DNA of 59,614 nucleotides, filler included, from Basidioascus undulatus (Eukaryota): NCBI GenBank assembly GCA_000826855.1. It is 4 parts of 4 records of this genome, joined end to end, with 100 filler letters (N's around TTAATTAATTAA, not from the genome) between each part and the next. Parts side by side here need not be neighbours in the genome. Positions count along the whole stretch, not along the records: positions 44,781 to 59,614 come from JTLS01000692.1; 3 more parts are not named here. One strand, 5' to 3'. Shown piece by piece: positions 52,288 to 59,614 of this stretch (position 1 is its first letter; each line of letters starts with the position of its first letter). The notes under the pieces were generated by a model. It saw only the letters and a program-made list of their open reading frames with translations, ran no database searches and was not told where the DNA came from. The position numbers and the translations under genes were made by a program.

Positions 52288-55086
52288 TTACAGCTCCAAA
52301 GTCCCGACCGCTCGCCCGAGCTCTCCCACAACCGCGTCCGCGCTCCTGCGCTCCTCCCAACGCCTGCGGAGCGCACCGACCTGCGGCATAGGGCGCTCGC
52401 CAAGCTTGCCGGTGCGCACGAATATCTGTGCATCGAGGAAGAATGAAAGGTCAAACAATGGATTGAGCATCGGACAAAATAAAACGCACGTCGCGGATGA
52501 AGAGCAGAAAGTCTGCCCATTTCAGGTCAGGGTTGGGCGCAAGACGGGAGACGAGGAGGTCGAGGCGGTAGAAGGCGTCGAAGTTGCCGAGCATGCTGAA
52601 TCCAAGACTGTATGAGTGATCAGGCTCGTCGAATACATTGACAAAGCAAACGCACGGATTTTCTGCCTGTTGCTGCGCCCAAGCAGCCATGATGATTTTC
52701 TCCGCCGGCCGAAGCTGTCGGAAACCGATAAATAAGATGTACAGCGTGTGGTCAGTCGGTGGAGTGCAACGCACATGTAGATGAGCAACACCCTGCCCCG
52801 GTTACAGCAAGCTCAGCGCCCGTTCCAAACATCAAGAAGGGAGGAAACAAAAGGCACCCGTTCGATCATCTCCCTTAACCACGCGTATGACGCCGGGTCG
52901 TCGTCCTCATGCAGCGTGTTCGGGTCAGGCACGACCCTGCGCAAGTGCCAGTCGACGAGGTCCGTCGCAGCGTCCAAAAGCGCCGGCCGTGGCCAATCGA
53001 CCGTCTTGAGTTCCACCGGCGCCATCGCAGCCCCCCGCACCGCCGGTTGTGGGGCCTTGCGCGACCGCTTGTCGCGCGGGAGCTGCTTGTCCTTCACCCG
53101 AAGATCGGGACCGCTCGCACTGGCATGCCGCCGGAGAGGACGCGCGGGCGTCGCGGCCTCAGCGTCGACGTCCGAGTCGAGCTCGGGCGACGATACGCGG
53201 ATGCGCCGTATGTTGCGCGAATACTCTGACCGCGGTGGGGGCGGTGAAGAACCGTCCGACTCGCGCTCAGTCTCGGACGCTATGTTGATGCGCTCGGTCG
53301 CTTGGACGAGCTCAGTCGTCATAGAGACTTTGAGAGGTGGACGGGTGGGAGAGGGCGCAAGTGCGCGCGGGTGGACGCGGATGACGAGGATGTTGACACG
53401 ATGAGAACGCGCCCGCTGAGCCCGCCATGCCCGGTCAAAACGACTACTATATCCGCACTCTGACAACGTACCTTTGAGGGGAGCAGCGTAAAGCGCAGGT
53501 GCGCATGCGCCTCCTCCAGGTGCTCCCGCAGTCGCTCCGTCGATCCGAAGTCTCCGTAGACGGGACAGCACCAGCAGCGGTGGCCGAGGAGGGCCGACGT
53601 CCACTGCGCGCCGTCGAAGCCGGGTACCTCCAAGTCGTACTTGACCACCGGCGTGCGAAGTTGCTCGGATACCTCGAGCAGCTCCTCGTAGTTCTCGAAC
53701 GCCGGGATGCGTGCCTGCTTCAGCCGCGCGGGCCCGACCGGCCCATCGAGGCGCCAGCGGAAGCGCGTAAACACGAGGTTGAGCGACGTCGTGAGAGGGG
53801 AGGACCAGCGCGATTCGGTCGCGTCCGGAGCCCAGGAGCCGGTTCCGGAGTTGAGAAGCGACAGCGTGTAAGACATCTCGGCGCTCGATGAACTCGTCAG
53901 GCTTATGCGGATGGATGCGGACGTTGGACGAGGGGAGGTGACGGAGTCGTGAACGGGAAGTACGAGGCAGACAGGAGGGTCGAAGAAGAGGTTGGCGTTC
54001 AGGCTTGTCCGCGTCGACACTGGAGCGAAGACTTCTCTGTTGTCGAGCGGCTTCTGAAGTTGGAGAATGTATTTCAGATGGCAGCAAGGCGGAGGTTGGA
54101 AAGCACGTTGCTTACTTTCTGGACGCTGACATGCACCTTCAAGATGTCTCCTTGACGGACAGGCACATGCGATCCAGTGCTCTCGAGCCCGTTGAGGTCA
54201 ATCTCGATCTGCCGCGAGCAACGGCTGTGTGTTCCCGTCGCAGTGTCAGCTCGCTTTTGCAAAAACGTTGTCCAAGGTCTATCAGCTCACCTTGTTTCAG
54301 CATTCGCCTCTTCCTCCTCCCGCCTCGCCAGCAACCCATCCAGAGACTCCTTCCTCCTAGCGGCCGGCGGCAGTGGAGCTCGACTCTGCGCGCCGTCGCG
54401 CCCATCACGGGCGGCGCGATAATTGCGGCTCAGGAAAGAGGGCAGAGCCCCGCGCCGCCTAGACGTGCCGAGGAGTGCATCGAGCGCGGGATGGAGGAAA
54501 TGCTTGATGTAGAGCTTCTGCGCCTCGGTATGCGGGTCGGATGACGGGGGAAGGGGAGGTGACCGTGCACGGCGTGGACGCTTCTTCGTCACAGTCGCCT
54601 CGTCAGAAGACCACGCGGACCCGTCAGACTGCGAGCACCTCCAGATTTCAGCAGCCCCAACAGGGATTGTGACAAGGAGCGCACCTCGTCGCTGTCTTCG
54701 TAACTGGGTTGCACCGCCGCCGTCATTCGCGCCCCTTTCCGCTTCCAAGGAGCGGTTTTTCTCGCCGCCTTTCCCGCCATCACCTTCAACCTCTGAGAGG
54801 GCAGGGACTTTTGCGGACTCGGATGGTCATCCGGTTTCTGCACGCTCAACGGCGCACCCGCCGCCTTGTGTGCAAGCGTCGTCGTCCGCCCCGCTGCATG
54901 GGCGCGGGGGCGCCTCGGCGTTGCGAGGGCGGGAGGACCCATCGTCTGGTCTTCGGGCGGTCGAAAGAAAGGACACTGGTGCGGTTCTCCGCCAACGCCG
55001 GCGCGAGTGACGATGTGGTCGTTCTGCTTGTACGAAGGGCGAAGGGGTGCGGGACGGGATCGAGGAGTCGCTTGGGCGGCCGTCAT
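52288..55086 (-). CDS. Divergent SUZ12-like (ZnB-like / C2H2 / VEFS-like) Polycomb PRC2 subunit candidate, multi-exon
   Basis: LYIKHFLHP...RRRGALPSFLSRNY (~54419-54514); VKYDL...T...CWCC...LREHLEEAHAHLRF (~53490-53650); EDDDPASYAWLREMIER|GVAHLH|LRPAEKIIMAAW (~52680-52910). Confidence 0.6.
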
Positions 55087-55843
55087 GGACGCCCGAACAC
55101 CCGCGCGAGAAGGACTCGCGAGAGCCTGAAGAAGCATGCAAGTGCCATTTCAGCACTATGGATTGATGACGGTGCGATGTGACTGTTGGAGCGATGTTCG
55201 AACGCGATGCATGGAGAGGTAAGTAAGGTTGCTGTAGCGCGCCGGCCTTCCTTGTACTCAATCTCTTTTCCAATCCTCACGCAAACCAACCCAAATAAGT
55301 TGAAAAAGTAGATCCAGCTCACCTTCCCTGTCCGCCCCGAAGTGGTCCCCACTCCACCATTCGGCCGCACCCCCGCGCGAGCCTGAGTCCCAGGACGTTG
55401 TCAGTGGTCTTCGCCCTCGTCCCCAGTTGTGGGCGCCGCACCAAGCGAGAGTCGACGATCTCGACATCTGAATCGCTGTCCTCCGACATCCGAGAGACGA
55501 GCGAATGAGCTGGAACAGGTCAGTGAGCGAGAAGCAAGTGAGGTGTACGCGGCCAAGAAACGAGCGCGAGACCGATGACGGAAGACGCATCGTCGACGCG
55601 TGCATTGGCGTGCAAGGAAGGGGTTTCTTTTCTCGTGGCCTCACCAATAGCTGATCTTCTTTCGCTCATTCTCGGTTTACCCCTACTATTCTGATTTACG
55701 CAATCCGCGCTTACATAAGGCACATCAAAGGCGCATCAACCGTTCTGAGCCAACGGCAAAGTACAACAAAACAGCGATGCATCGATCGGCGCGCTGGAGC
55801 CATGCAAACCTCCCATCCCCGCTCACCCTCGCTCCAAGCCCCC

Positions 55844-58866
<3,023 letters not shown>

Positions 58867-59614
58867 TCAGAGCAGTGGCTCAGGGGCCGACACTCTGGGC
58901 AGCGCTGCTCTTTCCGCTGAACGTCTTCCTTCGTCCGTGTCCATTCTTCCCTCGAAGCTCCTCACTCAGTCTCGCACGACATTGTCTGCTAGAGCGCTTG
59001 CCTAACTGGGGAAACGAGCACCTAAGGGGAAGACGTCGTAGTTGATAGGTACAGTATGCACAAGCGTCCTGCACCCCGGACGCCGGCTGCAGCTGCCGAC
59101 TGAATCGATCGCTGTCCAGTGTCGACCGCGTCTTCATTGTCCAACTGTTTCACTCGCACATCTCCATACTTCTGCTTGCTCCTGCACATCTTTTACTCTT
59201 GACCTCGGAATCCACCTCGAACAATCATCGTAGCAGGCCATCCTCCTGATATCCTGTGATGTTCCGCCCTCAAGCTCAAGTGCGGCGTCCACGCACATCG
59301 ACTCGACCGCCGAGACTCGCCCGTCGACCTCAACCTCACCCTCGACATTCACGTCCTGGTCGACGCCCTCGCTGCGGGCGCCCTCGCGTGCGTCCTCGCT
59401 CCCGTCGACAGTGAGCACGTCGACAAAGCAACTCCGCCTCGTCCTCTTCCCGCCCGCGCGGTGCCCGCACACCGGCCAGGCCCAGTTCGCGCCCGGCGAC
59501 CCGCTCCACGGCCTCGTCGAGCGCCTGTCGTCCAGACCCTCCTCCTCTTCCTGCGCCTCTTCCTCAGACGCAGGCGAACTGACAATCCAAGTGCGTTGTC
59601 GACGCTCGGCACCC

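Noticed and set aside
59040..59614. Ser/Pro-rich open frames at the window end
   Set aside because: Strand and product cannot be determined from this fragment.

Overview
This is not a prokaryotic locus. The window joins four fragments of about 14.8 kb from an intron-rich, GC-rich fungal genome (1-14843, 14944-29744, 29845-44680, 44781-59614), separated by artificial N44-TTAATTAATTAA-N44 spacers. Short introns with GTGCGT/GTGAGT/GTACGT donors, CTGAC/CTAAC branch points and the gene content point to a basidiomycete; a Pucciniomycotina-like yeast is a guess only. I spliced the exons by hand. Housekeeping-type genes: APP1-family phosphatidate phosphatase, AreA/Gat1 GATA factor, a DUF7923 (PIN-like) + CCCH protein, a VPS9 GEF, phosphoglucomutase, a universal stress protein, RRP43, SMC5, NDUFA12, KGD2, a mitochondrial NAD+-type carrier, MRPL4 and a Prp2/DHX16 helicase. 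Four observations stand out. (1) A very divergent SUZ12-like Polycomb PRC2 subunit candidate (52288-55086) has ZnB-like, C2H2 and VEFS-like motifs in the expected order. (2) A secreted GH18 chitinase is fused in frame to a CPL1/PriA-like Cys domain. (3) Two secreted CAZymes (that chitinase and an AA9 LPMO) and several accessory ORFs carry frameshifts or stops, while the conserved exons I checked in neighbouring housekeeping genes show none. (4) Two head-to-head junctions join 5'-truncated genes (at KGD2 and Prp2) and look like inverted chimeras. Gene boundaries are approximate and no database search was run.
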